A DNA stretch of 64,000 bases from the NCBI GenBank assembly GCA_041180025.1, contig JBEGSH010000073.1, positions 6,773 through 70,772 of the forward strand. The letters are read 5' to 3'. A program made the position numbers and the translations under genes. Positions 1 to 11,304 of the stretch are shown piece by piece. The notes beneath the pieces were generated by a model. It was not told where the DNA came from. It saw only the letters and a list, made by a program, of their open reading frames with translations, and searched no databases. Within the stretch, counting starts at the first letter, position 1. Each line of letters opens with the position of its first letter. The DNA comes from Pseudomonadota bacterium (GTDB lineage: Bacteria; Pseudomonadota; Gammaproteobacteria; Burkholderiales; Methylophilaceae).

Positions 1-149
1 ATCATTGAATTACCGCAAGATCAACACCCTTGGTTTGTAGGCTGTCAATTCCATCCAGAATTTACTTCCAATCCAAGAACAGGCCATCCATTATTTAAAG
101 CCTATATCCAAGCTGCACTTAAATACAAACAATCTAAAGGAAGTGCATC

Positions 150-153
<4 letters not shown>
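1..153 (+). CDS. pyrG: CTP synthase, C-terminal fragment (truncated by window edge)
   Basis: Frame 1 reads [32 protein letters not shown]...*, containing the glutamine amidotransferase HPE motif. Its stop overlaps the kdsA ATG (ATGA). Classic pyrG-kdsA-eno-ftsB order. Confidence 0.93.
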
Positions 154-2301
<2,148 letters not shown>

Positions 2302-2302
2302 C

Positions 2303-2626
2303 ATGAAATCATTAACTGCTATTTTTGTAGTATTGGTAGTGTTAATGCAATACCCATTATGGTTTGGTAAAGGCAGCTGGTTACGTGTATGGAGTTTAAA
2401 TCATCAAATTGAGACTCAGAAAAAAACAAATGCGGATAATCAAGTAAGAAACAATGTTCTCAATGCTGAGGTAGGAGATCTTAAACAAGGCTTCTCAGCG
2501 ATTGAAGAGAGAGCTCGTAATGAGCTTGGTATGATTAAGCAGGATGAAATCTTTTTCCAAGTGACAAATCACGAAAAAGATAAAAAAGAAACTGAAGCTT
2601 CAAGTAATTCGCAAGCTAAGCACTAA
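2303..2626 (+). CDS. ftsB: Cell division protein FtsB
   Basis: N-terminal TM segment, LWFGKGS, coiled coil and AIEERARNELGMIK..E motif; follows eno. Confidence 0.95.
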   Translation: MKSLTAIFVVLVVLMQYPLWFGKGSWLRVWSLNHQIETQKKTNADNQVRNNVLNAEVGDLKQGFSAIEERARNELGMIKQDEIFFQVTNHEKDKKETEASSNSQAKH

Positions 2627-3543
2627 TCAAATCTTTTTTGGTCTTCTAAAAAGATTTGAATTAATTCACTCTTAATGAAAAGCGCTTCATGCGCTTGATC
2701 AACTCTTAATTCAATCAGCATGTTTGTTTTCTCATCATTTTCATTGGCTGATCTCACTAGCTGACCAATTTCTTCACCATTGTTATTTAAGATCAGATCA
2801 CCAGGATTAAGATCCGCTCGCGATTTAATAAAAGCACGATACATCCGTCTTTTAACTTTACCTAAGTAGTGTGTTCGAGCCACAATTTCTTGTCCTGTAT
2901 AACAACCTTTTTTAAAATTAATACCTTCGATTAAGTCCATATTTAAAGATTGTGGAATAAATGCTTCTTGCGTGGTTGGGTAAATATCAGGAATCCCATC
3001 TAGGATATTTAAATTATTCCAATCATCAAAACTCATGGATGAATATTCAGAAAAGTTAAGCTTCATAAATTCATTCACTTTAGAAGTTTCTCCCATGAGT
3101 TGGTATCTATCATCATCTTTTCCTAAACGCATAATCATGATGTCATCTGATTGAATGATATCTAAATAATTTTTTGGAGGTTGAATATTTTTTGTAAGAA
3201 GTACTTTGGAGCCCACAAAACCGACACATGTGAATGTTTCATTGGCTAACTTTAGCGATACTTTTGAGCGAAGAATATACATCTTAAGTTTTTGAAGTAT
3301 AAAATCCTGAATGGAGCTATCAATTTGTATGTGGATTGATTCATGATCTAAATAACACAACATAAAAGCCAGCATTCTACCCTTGGGGTTGCAAAAGCCA
3401 GCGTATAGAGCTTTATTTTGCGAGACGAGATTAATATCTTGAGTCAATTGGCCTTGCAAGAACTGAACTCGATCATCACCTTCAACTTTTATCGTAGAGG
3501 TTTTATCAAGAATAATGAATTTATTTTCTACGCTTAATGACAT
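2623..3543 (-). CDS. ygfZ: Folate-binding Fe-S cluster repair / tRNA-modifying protein YgfZ
   Basis: FLQGQLTQD N-terminus and KGCYTGQEIVAR signature. Confidence 0.93.
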   Translation of the reverse strand: MSLSVENKFIILDKTSTIKVEGDDRVQFLQGQLTQDINLVSQNKALYAGFCNPKGRMLAFMLCYLDHESIHIQIDSSIQDFILQKLKMYILRSKVSLKLANETFTCVGFVGSKVLLTKNIQPPKNYLDIIQSDDIMIMRLGKDDDRYQLMGETSKVNEFMKLNFSEYSSMSFDDWNNLNILDGIPDIYPTTQEAFIPQSLNMDLIEGINFKKGCYTGQEIVARTHYLGKVKRRMYRAFIKSRADLNPGDLILNNNGEEIGQLVRSANENDEKTNMLIELRVDQAHEALFIKSELIQIFLEDQKRFD

Positions 3544-4495
3544 ATTGCTTTATTTGTTTTATCGAAAAAAATCGAAGGCTAAAAATAATACCTGCGAGTG
3601 AGGCAAAAAACCATTTAAGATGAAAATCAGCTGTATCTTGCCAAGCAGGCTTTTGTTTTTTCATCGCACTTAAGATATTTAAAATAGAATCACCTCTTAC
3701 ATAAATCCCATTAATTTGTTTTGTAATGTCTTTTAAGTAGGCTTCGTCTAGCTTAGACATATAGCGATCACTCTCGCCACCTGCCACATTGTCATCTCGA
3801 GTACCAATATTAGCCTCTGAGATTTGCGCAATACCTGGTTGTAATGCAAAGCTATCATTAGCCCAATAGCCAATGAGTTGATTTTTGCCATCTAACTTTG
3901 GAATAGGCGCGCCTTTTAAACTTCCAATTCCAACAATTACCCAATCATTTCCGCCTTGGAATTGAGAAAGATCTTTTGTATTAAATGCGTGGAGCTTTGG
4001 AGCTTCTTCACCGTCAGTAAAATAAACGACTTGAGAATTTTCAGGAAAGCTTCTAATTAAACGTGCTAAGTTAAAAAAAGATTCTCGAATACGCGAATTA
4101 CCAGACCAACCCGAACGCCAATCCAAGTGGTCGATTGTGTCTTCAATAGCATCAAAATTTTCACAGACTTCAATGGGTGTATATGAGGCTGCTACACTCA
4201 CACCTACAAACATACCAATACTCACTTTTGTGCCGCAGGGAAGTTCAGACATAATTTCATGAAGACTATGCTTCATATATTCAAGTCTTGAGATGGGTTT
4301 ATTCATAACAGACATATCAACCGTGTTCATGCTTTGAGAGATGTCAGTCACAAAGATATAGTTATAGATATTGTGTTTGAGCGGTATTGATGGATTGATA
4401 ATGGCGAGCAGCATAAACCCAATCGATACTATAAGTGATAGGGTATTAAAATCGAGATTGGACCTCGATTTTATGTTCTTAAGCAACGCTTTCAT
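3521..4495 (-). CDS. mxaL: MxaL-like VWA-domain membrane protein
   Basis: MIDAS DISQS, FTDGEEAP, and N- and C-terminal TM segments; last gene of an R-S-A-C-K-L array. Confidence 0.8.
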   Translation of the reverse strand: MKALLKNIKSRSNLDFNTLSLIVSIGFMLLAIINPSIPLKHNIYNYIFVTDISQSMNTVDMSVMNKPISRLEYMKHSLHEIMSELPCGTKVSIGMFVGVSVAASYTPIEVCENFDAIEDTIDHLDWRSGWSGNSRIRESFFNLARLIRSFPENSQVVYFTDGEEAPKLHAFNTKDLSQFQGGNDWVIVGIGSLKGAPIPKLDGKNQLIGYWANDSFALQPGIAQISEANIGTRDDNVAGGESDRYMSKLDEAYLKDITKQINGIYVRGDSILNILSAMKKQKPAWQDTADFHLKWFFASLAGIIFSLRFFSIKQIKQYVIKRRK

Positions 4496-4499
4496 AAAT

Positions 4500-5054
4500 T
4501 TAAGGGAGGCCTACAGGAACATTACCTAGAATGAGTCCAGGTGAATCTGAATCGCCAACGCCAGGCGTCGGATTCGCAGGTAAAATCATAAGCACGCGAT
4601 CAAGATTATGTTTTACATCCCACGCATGATTATCAATCTTAATAGATAGCATATATGCTGCTTTTGCTTGCCTAAATAAATATTCTGTTTCATTTTTGAC
4701 CGTCATATCAGTACCGTTGATCGCCAATGCGCGTTTAAAGAAAATATTACCAATATTGTATTGAATAGCTGCTTTTTGAGAGGGTGAAGCGATCGGTAAA
4801 AGATTTGTAAAAAGAATATTAGCTTCTTTATATCTTTCTTTAGTTGTGAGCCAATAAGCTGTTGCGTAACGAGCTTCAAAACTATTGATAAACATACTAG
4901 GTGATTTACCTTCAGCAATATCTCGATTAAATACTTGAATATTTTTTAATTCAATCCATTGCTTTATAAAGATACCAAGTGAAATTACGAGAAGCAGTGC
5001 AAAAATCCAAGTGAGTTTTTTAGTGCTAAAAAGATTTTTTGTGATTAAAGCCAT
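4500..5054 (-). CDS. mxaK: MxaK-like TPR-type protein
   Basis: N-terminal TM segment, YNIGN TPR-like helix, WDVKHNLD and C-terminal P.GLP; lies between mxaC and mxaL. Confidence 0.75.
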   Translation of the reverse strand: MALITKNLFSTKKLTWIFALLLVISLGIFIKQWIELKNIQVFNRDIAEGKSPSMFINSFEARYATAYWLTTKERYKEANILFTNLLPIASPSQKAAIQYNIGNIFFKRALAINGTDMTVKNETEYLFRQAKAAYMLSIKIDNHAWDVKHNLDRVLMILPANPTPGVGDSDSPGLILGNVPVGLP

Positions 5055-6022
5055 GATCTCACCTCAATTAATTTAAGCATCAGCAAACCTATCATCATAA
5101 GAGCCGCAACGACAAAACAATGAGTTGAATAATCTTGACCTGGAATTTTCTCAAAATATTTAATGGGTTTCTTTTCTTTTTGATTGATATCCTCGATGGC
5201 TTTTTGTAGTGTTTTTGGATCTTCTGCTTCATAAGCTTGAAAGGGCGAATGAAGTGTTTTAAAAAATTCATTAAGCTCGATTTGAGGTGGCAGTGCCTCA
5301 TCATCTCGGGCTTTAAATGAAGTATTAAAAATACTGATACCACCGGGTTGTCTTAATACGATCCAATAAAGACTAATTTTAAATCGGCCTAACCAATCCT
5401 TAATTTTTTCTTGAGTAGCAGCATCGATACGACCCGCTCCATCTGAAAGTAAAATCATCGCTCTTGAGCCGGAGTCTGGTACTTTATTAAATAATTCAGC
5501 ACCCGTCGTAAGACCACTACCAATATTAGTTTGAAATAATGCGTTACCCGCCGTTGCTCTTACGGCTGAAATAATGGCATTTTTATTATCAGTAAGCGGC
5601 AAAACATACATGCCAGAATTACTAAATGAAACCATACCAATCATGTCGTTTTTTCTTGATTTTACAAAGTCAGTAATTAGCCGAGCCGCAGCAGCTGATT
5701 TCATTTCACCCACTTTGGACTGGTCGTTGCCTGCAAAAGGATCGTCCATACTCGCACTTCGATCCAATACCAAACCAATTTGAGCGCCTATACCTGTTTT
5801 TTCAATTTCTTTTTGACGAGAATGTGGGCCACTTAATCCAATAATGATTGCTAATAAAATCATGGTTGCGATAAATTTTAAGATAAATGCCACAATTCTC
5901 GAGAGTCGATCTTTTGGAATCATTTCATTCCATGAGTAATACTGTAAAGATGCTTCTTTAAAAAGAAGTGGAATAAAAGCTAAAGGAATAAACCATAAGA
6001 CCCATGGAAATGAAAATGTCAT
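5045..6022 (-). CDS. mxaC: MxaC-like VWA-domain protein
   Basis: F..PW.LW N-terminus, VLDRSASMDDPF MIDAS, LLSDG, FQAYEAEDP. Confidence 0.82.
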   Translation of the reverse strand: MTFSFPWVLWFIPLAFIPLLFKEASLQYYSWNEMIPKDRLSRIVAFILKFIATMILLAIIIGLSGPHSRQKEIEKTGIGAQIGLVLDRSASMDDPFAGNDQSKVGEMKSAAAARLITDFVKSRKNDMIGMVSFSNSGMYVLPLTDNKNAIISAVRATAGNALFQTNIGSGLTTGAELFNKVPDSGSRAMILLSDGAGRIDAATQEKIKDWLGRFKISLYWIVLRQPGGISIFNTSFKARDDEALPPQIELNEFFKTLHSPFQAYEAEDPKTLQKAIEDINQKEKKPIKYFEKIPGQDYSTHCFVVAALMMIGLLMLKLIEVRSWL

Positions 6023-7017
6023 TTAGCTAAACCTGCCACAAGAGATTTTTTATCAACAATAAGTTTTCTTTCGCAATCTCGACAATGCCGTGAGAAATCT
6101 TTAAGCCATTTAAGTATTTCATCATGATCATATTTTTTATTTGAAGTATTAAAAAATACGAGTGTGGAAAGCTTAAAAAACTCACGTAGTTCAGTATCGA
6201 TATTTTTAAATGAAGGATTCTTAGCATAAAGATCATGAAGATTATCTGTAAAGAGTGTTTTTCCAATAACAAGATCAAAAGCACGATGCATGTCTGTGAT
6301 TGCTTTTTGAATAGAAGTAGGGGTTGCCTTCATTTTATTGATTGAGCGATGGGTTCTTGCAAATACACCTCGAGCGTTTGGTAGCCATGCATATTGACTA
6401 TAAATATAGATAAGGCCGAATAAAGAAAGGAGTGCGATGATGCCCGAAATTTTTAGTGTTTTCATAGGGCTTGTCTCATCCATAAAAATAATGCCTCTTA
6501 ATGGGCTCATATCCTGTTCAATTTTTATAGCACCGAAAATAGATAAAGGAGATATCGCAATTTGATATTCAGGAATTCTGTATTTAAAAACTTTCTTTTG
6601 AGGGTCATTTGGATTCAAGACTCGGATATATTCAGCCGGTAAGAATCCGGGTTTTGCGACTACATTGTTTGTAAAAATTTGATACGTAAGATCCATGATT
6701 AATGTAGAGGATGATTTATTCTCTTTTAATACATGTTTCATTGCATCCAATACAATGCCTAAATCTTGCCCTTTATATTTTCTTTCGTACCCCGGAATAG
6801 GTAAAGACTCTTTAATGAGTACATAGGGTTTTTTGATCGTAACTTCTACATGTCTTTCTGATTTATCCCCGACGGTATATCCCACTCGATGAAGTGGCTC
6901 TTTTATTTTGATGGATATAATACCTTCTTGAATATCAGGCCACTCTTGTACATCTAGTGCAAAACTAGAAACTGATAATAGAAGCATCCATAAAGAAATA
7001 AGATATTTCATAATCAT
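6019..7017 (-). CDS. mxaA: MxaA-like exported/membrane protein
   Basis: Signal peptide, GYTVGD, L.YQIF, central TM segment and C-terminal CRDCER; position between mxaS and mxaC. Confidence 0.72.
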   Translation of the reverse strand: MIMKYLISLWMLLLSVSSFALDVQEWPDIQEGIISIKIKEPLHRVGYTVGDKSERHVEVTIKKPYVLIKESLPIPGYERKYKGQDLGIVLDAMKHVLKENKSSSTLIMDLTYQIFTNNVVAKPGFLPAEYIRVLNPNDPQKKVFKYRIPEYQIAISPLSIFGAIKIEQDMSPLRGIIFMDETSPMKTLKISGIIALLSLFGLIYIYSQYAWLPNARGVFARTHRSINKMKATPTSIQKAITDMHRAFDLVIGKTLFTDNLHDLYAKNPSFKNIDTELREFFKLSTLVFFNTSNKKYDHDEILKWLKDFSRHCRDCERKLIVDKKSLVAGLAK

Positions 7018-7877
7018 TAAGCGCCTACAAATTGATTAAAGTATTCGGTCATTTTAGTTGCATCAAAATGGTCATCTACAAAAAAAGGCGGAATGTCAAA
7101 ATTCATAAATGCTTTTGTAATGACAGCACGTCTTTTTTCAAATGAATCTACAATTTTTTCTTTCAGTTCTTTTCTTAAAAAAAGCGTATTTTTTTTACCG
7201 CTTTCAGGATCAGTAATGGTGACAATGCCAAAATTAGGAAGATTGATGTATTCTTTTTTGTCCCATAGAACCACAGGCACTACATGGTGCCTCATGAGAT
7301 TAGATAAACAATTTTCCAATTCAACTTCCGGCATGTGAAAGTCTGAAATAAAGAAAATAAGTGAGCGTTCACGAGGCATGTATTGATAGAGGTCTTTGAT
7401 TGCGCGATTCGATTTATTTGTAGATGTAAAGTTTTTAAGTTCGTGAATAAGTGTTAATGCATGTTGTGATCTAAATGATAGGGGCGCTAGCCAATCTTCT
7501 CTAATCTCGTCATCAAAACCAATGAGACCTAAAGCGTCATGACGATCGATGACTGAATGAGCTATGGATTGGGCGACTTCAGCAGCTAAATTAATTTTTT
7601 TATTTTTTCCACCAAAATTCATACTGGCAGATAAATCACAGACAATCATGACAGGTGTTGCACTACGTTGATTAAATATTTTGACGTGAATCTCACCTAA
7701 AGGATCTCGAATCGATTGGCGAATATCAATTCGTCTTGGATCAGGATATGAAAGGAGTGTTGTGTGTCCTGCAAATTCAATACCCATCCCTCTCTGGTTG
7801 CTTTTATGGCGACCAGGATGCTTGCCTTTAGATTTCCAACCGATGTGGTAATCAAATAATGGGGTGGATTGAACCAT
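7017..7877 (-). CDS. mxaS: MxaS / DUF58 VWA-like protein
   Basis: HPGRHKSNQRGMGIEF, PDPRRIDIRQS, DLSASM and FISDFH motifs; follows the MoxR ATPase. Confidence 0.82.
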   Translation of the reverse strand: MVQSTPLFDYHIGWKSKGKHPGRHKSNQRGMGIEFAGHTTLLSYPDPRRIDIRQSIRDPLGEIHVKIFNQRSATPVMIVCDLSASMNFGGKNKKINLAAEVAQSIAHSVIDRHDALGLIGFDDEIREDWLAPLSFRSQHALTLIHELKNFTSTNKSNRAIKDLYQYMPRERSLIFFISDFHMPEVELENCLSNLMRHHVVPVVLWDKKEYINLPNFGIVTITDPESGKKNTLFLRKELKEKIVDSFEKRRAVITKAFMNFDIPPFFVDDHFDATKMTEYFNQFVGA

Positions 7878-7882
7878 CTGAT

Positions 7883-8899
7883 TTAAGGTGCGTTGATGGC
7901 ATTTAAAATGCCATTGGTTAAATCACGCGCAATGATTGTTCTTCTCATTTCATAGACAGGGTTAAATACGAGTCGATGCGCAATAGTTTCATGGAATACT
8001 GCATGAATATCTGCAGGGGTCACTGATGTTCGATCATTAAGCCATGCATTCACACGCGCTGATTTCATCATCATACTCATGCCGCGCGGACTAGCACCTG
8101 ATACGATTAATCGATTCATATCAATATCAGATAATTTAATACCGTAATCGCCAGGATTTTTTGTAGCTTTCCATAAACGTAATGCATAATTTTTTAATGC
8201 TTCTGTGGCTTTAATATTTTCTTGAATCGTTTCTGAAAGTTCATTGAGCTTATTAAATTTAATAAGATCAGGTTTCACTTCTTCAATAAGTTTATCTGCG
8301 TTATGGAATTTAGTTTCAAAGACTAAGTCTTTCATCATCTGATCCGCTTTTGGAATAAGAATAGGTATTTCCATCATAAAACGATCACGCGCTGCCGAAG
8401 GAATTTCAAATGTTTCTTCACGTTCTACTTGGTTTCGATCAGCGAATACCACCATATGAGGAAAGTGATATTCTTTATTAAATGCTGATAATGTTTTTTC
8501 TGCCATGATTCTTAAGAGCAATGAATGTACCTGTGGTCTTGCACGGTTGATTTCATTGAAAAAGAAAATAGATAAATCACTACCTGACATCAAAATAGGG
8601 CCTGGGCTTACATGTGGCTTCCCATCTTCACCGAGATACGTGTGATAGATAAGATCATTTGGCATAAGGTCAATCGTACCTTCGATACGTTGGTAACCGC
8701 CGCCAATAGCACGCGTAAAAGCTTTAAGTAATGTTGTTTTTCCAACCCCCACATCACCTTCAAGAAGAACGTGCCCACGTGCAAAAATTGAAGTGGTAAT
8801 AAGCCTGATAGGACTTTCTTGCCCTACGATAACTTTGTTAATTTCTGCTTCAAGTTTGACTGCAAGCTTTCTCCAGTCGGCCAGATTTTGGTCGCTCAT
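7883..8899 (-). CDS. mxaR: MoxR-family AAA+ ATPase MxaR
   Basis: ARGHVLLEGDVGVGKT (Walker A), NEINRA (Walker B variant), DRFMM, GASPRG, HRL. Confidence 0.9.
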   Translation of the reverse strand: MSDQNLADWRKLAVKLEAEINKVIVGQESPIRLITTSIFARGHVLLEGDVGVGKTTLLKAFTRAIGGGYQRIEGTIDLMPNDLIYHTYLGEDGKPHVSPGPILMSGSDLSIFFFNEINRARPQVHSLLLRIMAEKTLSAFNKEYHFPHMVVFADRNQVEREETFEIPSAARDRFMMEIPILIPKADQMMKDLVFETKFHNADKLIEEVKPDLIKFNKLNELSETIQENIKATEALKNYALRLWKATKNPGDYGIKLSDIDMNRLIVSGASPRGMSMMMKSARVNAWLNDRTSVTPADIHAVFHETIAHRLVFNPVYEMRRTIIARDLTNGILNAINAP

Positions 8900-8938
8900 A
8901 TCGAATCCCTAATAGATGAAATTGTTAGTTGACTGTTT

Positions 8939-8957
8939 TACTATGATTTTCATAGTA
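8939..8957. promoter_or_regulatory. Perfect 8-bp inverted repeat TACTATGA-ttt-TCATAGTA in the mxaR/fabA divergent promoter; candidate operator
   Basis: The repeat is directly visible. Its function is inferred. Confidence 0.4.
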
Positions 8958-9060
8958 GCCTAATAATTTATAAGGGTAAATAGATAAAAACACGATAAAA
9001 TACTTGTGTTATCAGACAAATATTTTTTCACAATCTTTTTATCAGCAGCCTATAAACTCA

Positions 9061-9576
9061 ATGCCTAAAAAAAATAGCTATACAAAAGAAGAGCTTTTGT
9101 CTTGCGGTCGAGGAGAGATGTTTGGCCCAGGCAACGCACAGCTTCCATTACCCCCCATGCTTATGTTCGATCGCATCGTCTCCATTACAGACGAGGGCGG
9201 CGAATACGGCAATGGACAGATTATTGCGGAATTAGATGTTAATAAAGACCTTTGGTTCTTTGGCTGTCATTTTGAGGGGGATCCTGTCATGCCGGGCTGT
9301 TTGGGGCTTGATGCGATGTGGCAATTAGTCGGTTTCTATTTGGGCTGGAAAGGTGGCTTAGGTCGGGGCCGTGCGTTGGGCGGCGGCGAAATTAAGTTCA
9401 CAGGCCAAGTATTACCTACAGCTAAAAAAATTACCTATGTTATTGATTTAAAAAGAGTAATTATGCGTAAACTCATTATGGGTATTGCTGATGCTAAAAT
9501 GTCAGTCGATGGCCGAGAGATTTACCATGCTAAAGATTTGCGTGTCGGTTTATTTACGCGTACTGATAATTTTTGA
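9061..9576 (+). CDS. fabA: 3-hydroxydecanoyl-ACP dehydratase/isomerase (likely start ATG 9061)
   Basis: [12 protein letters not shown] and [25 protein letters not shown] (FabA-type catalytic His/Asp), GRALG. Confidence 0.96.
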   Translation: MPKKNSYTKEELLSCGRGEMFGPGNAQLPLPPMLMFDRIVSITDEGGEYGNGQIIAELDVNKDLWFFGCHFEGDPVMPGCLGLDAMWQLVGFYLGWKGGLGRGRALGGGEIKFTGQVLPTAKKITYVIDLKRVIMRKLIMGIADAKMSVDGREIYHAKDLRVGLFTRTDNF

Positions 9577-9600
9577 TCGTTATTTAATGGGAGGCGACGC

Positions 9601-10833
9601 ATGACCCGTCGTGTTGTTGTTACTGGATTAGGGATTGTATCTAGCCTAGGTAATAATAAAAAAGAAGTTCAAGATAGCTTATATCATGCTCGTTCTGGCA
9701 TTACATTTCAGCCAGATTATGCTGCCATGGGATTACGCTCACATGTTGCAGGCTCCATCAAAAATCTTAATCTTGAAGAATTAATCGATCGCAAATTATT
9801 CCGTTTTATGGCGAAAGGCCATGCTTACGCTTGGCTTGCTATGCAAGAAGCGATCGCAGATTCAGCCTTATCCGAAGCCATGGTCTCAAATATACGCACC
9901 GGTTTGATTGTGGGCGCAGGCGGCGCTTCACATGAAAGTATTTTAGACGGCATAGATACTATTCGAGAAAAAGGAATTCGACGTGTAGGCCCATACATGG
10001 TCACTAAAGCTATGGCGAGTGGCGTTTCAGCGTGTCTTGCAACGGGTGCCAAAATTAAAGGTGTGAACTATGCGATTACTTCTGCATGTTCAACCAGCGC
10101 TCATTGTATTGGTGCAGGCGTTGAACAAATTCAACTAGGTAAACAAGATATTATTTTTGCAGGTGGCGCTGAAGAAGAGCATTGGACACTTTCTTTCATG
10201 TTCGATGGTATGGGAGCTCTCTCAAGTAAATACAATGAGACTCCAGAAAAAGCCTCGCGCACTTATGATGTGAATCGAGATGGTTTTGTGATCTCAGGCG
10301 GCGGCGGTATTTTGGTTTTAGAAGAATATGAGCATGCAAAAGCACGCAATGCAAAAATTTATGCAGAAGTCGTAGGTTACGGCGCCACATCTGATGGTTA
10401 TGATATGGTGGCTCCAAGTGGTGAAGGCGCTGAACGATGTATGGCGCTTGCACTCCAAGGTATCGATCATGTCGATTATATGAATACGCATGGCACAAGT
10501 ACCCCTGTAGGTGATGTCAAAGAACTTGAAGCAATTCGTGCTGTATTTGGGGGTAATAAATATGGCCCTATGCCACATATTGCCTCGACGAAATCTTTAT
10601 CTGGCCACGCGTTAGGTGCAGCTGGCGTCAATGAAGCGATCTACAGTCTTATCATGATGGAAAATAAATTTATTGCGCCATCAGTGAATATTGAAGAGCT
10701 AGATCCTTTAGCTAAAGATCTTCCTATCGTGACGAAACGTATTGATAATATTGAAGTGAAAACGGCGATTTCAAATAGCTTCGGTTTTGGCGGCACAAAT
10801 GCCTGCCTTGTATTCTCAACAAAAAATCTTTAA
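9601..10833 (+). CDS. fabB: Beta-ketoacyl-ACP synthase I
   Basis: [27 protein letters not shown] and [10 protein letters not shown] motifs; GGAGG RBS; follows fabA. Confidence 0.95.
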   Translation: MTRRVVVTGLGIVSSLGNNKKEVQDSLYHARSGITFQPDYAAMGLRSHVAGSIKNLNLEELIDRKLFRFMAKGHAYAWLAMQEAIADSALSEAMVSNIRTGLIVGAGGASHESILDGIDTIREKGIRRVGPYMVTKAMASGVSACLATGAKIKGVNYAITSACSTSAHCIGAGVEQIQLGKQDIIFAGGAEEEHWTLSFMFDGMGALSSKYNETPEKASRTYDVNRDGFVISGGGGILVLEEYEHAKARNAKIYAEVVGYGATSDGYDMVAPSGEGAERCMALALQGIDHVDYMNTHGTSTPVGDVKELEAIRAVFGGNKYGPMPHIASTKSLSGHALGAAGVNEAIYSLIMMENKFIAPSVNIEELDPLAKDLPIVTKRIDNIEVKTAISNSFGFGGTNACLVFSTKNL

Positions 10834-11198
10834 AGCATAAGCGCGAGCAATACTTTCCGTTCTTCGTTTGCGAGAATGTTGTATGTTCTGCATGCGGATT
10901 GATTATTCATACATTCAATCGCCATATTTTTCTTTGAAAAATATTCTAAAATTTTTGGCTCAAGATGTTCTTGTATATTTCCAGTGCCCAATAAAATAAT
11001 TTCAATATTGAAAGATTCAATAGCATCAAAACTATTTTCTTTAATATCTTTAATGGTTTTGACTGGCCATTCAAGAAGGAGTTGATTAGGCGTTATGATA
11101 AGACTTGTTTGATGGCGCTCTTGATTGACTTCCACCCAGTTTAAATCATATCCTGTGATGAGATTTTTATTATCAGATTGAATTAAGTGAAATTTCAT
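10830..11198 (-). CDS. Mth938-like (DUF498 / NDUFAF3-like) protein
   Basis: EIILLGTG and [15 protein letters not shown] signature. Confidence 0.88.
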   Translation of the reverse strand: MKFHLIQSDNKNLITGYDLNWVEVNQERHQTSLIITPNQLLLEWPVKTIKDIKENSFDAIESFNIEIILLGTGNIQEHLEPKILEYFSKKNMAIECMNNQSACRTYNILANEERKVLLALML

Positions 11199-11304
11199 AA
11201 CATCGTGTTTTTAAAGAAATAAATTGAATCAAAACCCTCTCATTTGTTGGCGGAATGGGCGTTCACAAGGTAAGATATCATATATTCAAATTTAGGTAAT
11301 TAAA

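Noticed and set aside
3521-8899. MoxR + VWA cluster as a defence or Bat-type system
   Set aside because: Gene order and motifs match mxaRSACKL of methylotrophs.
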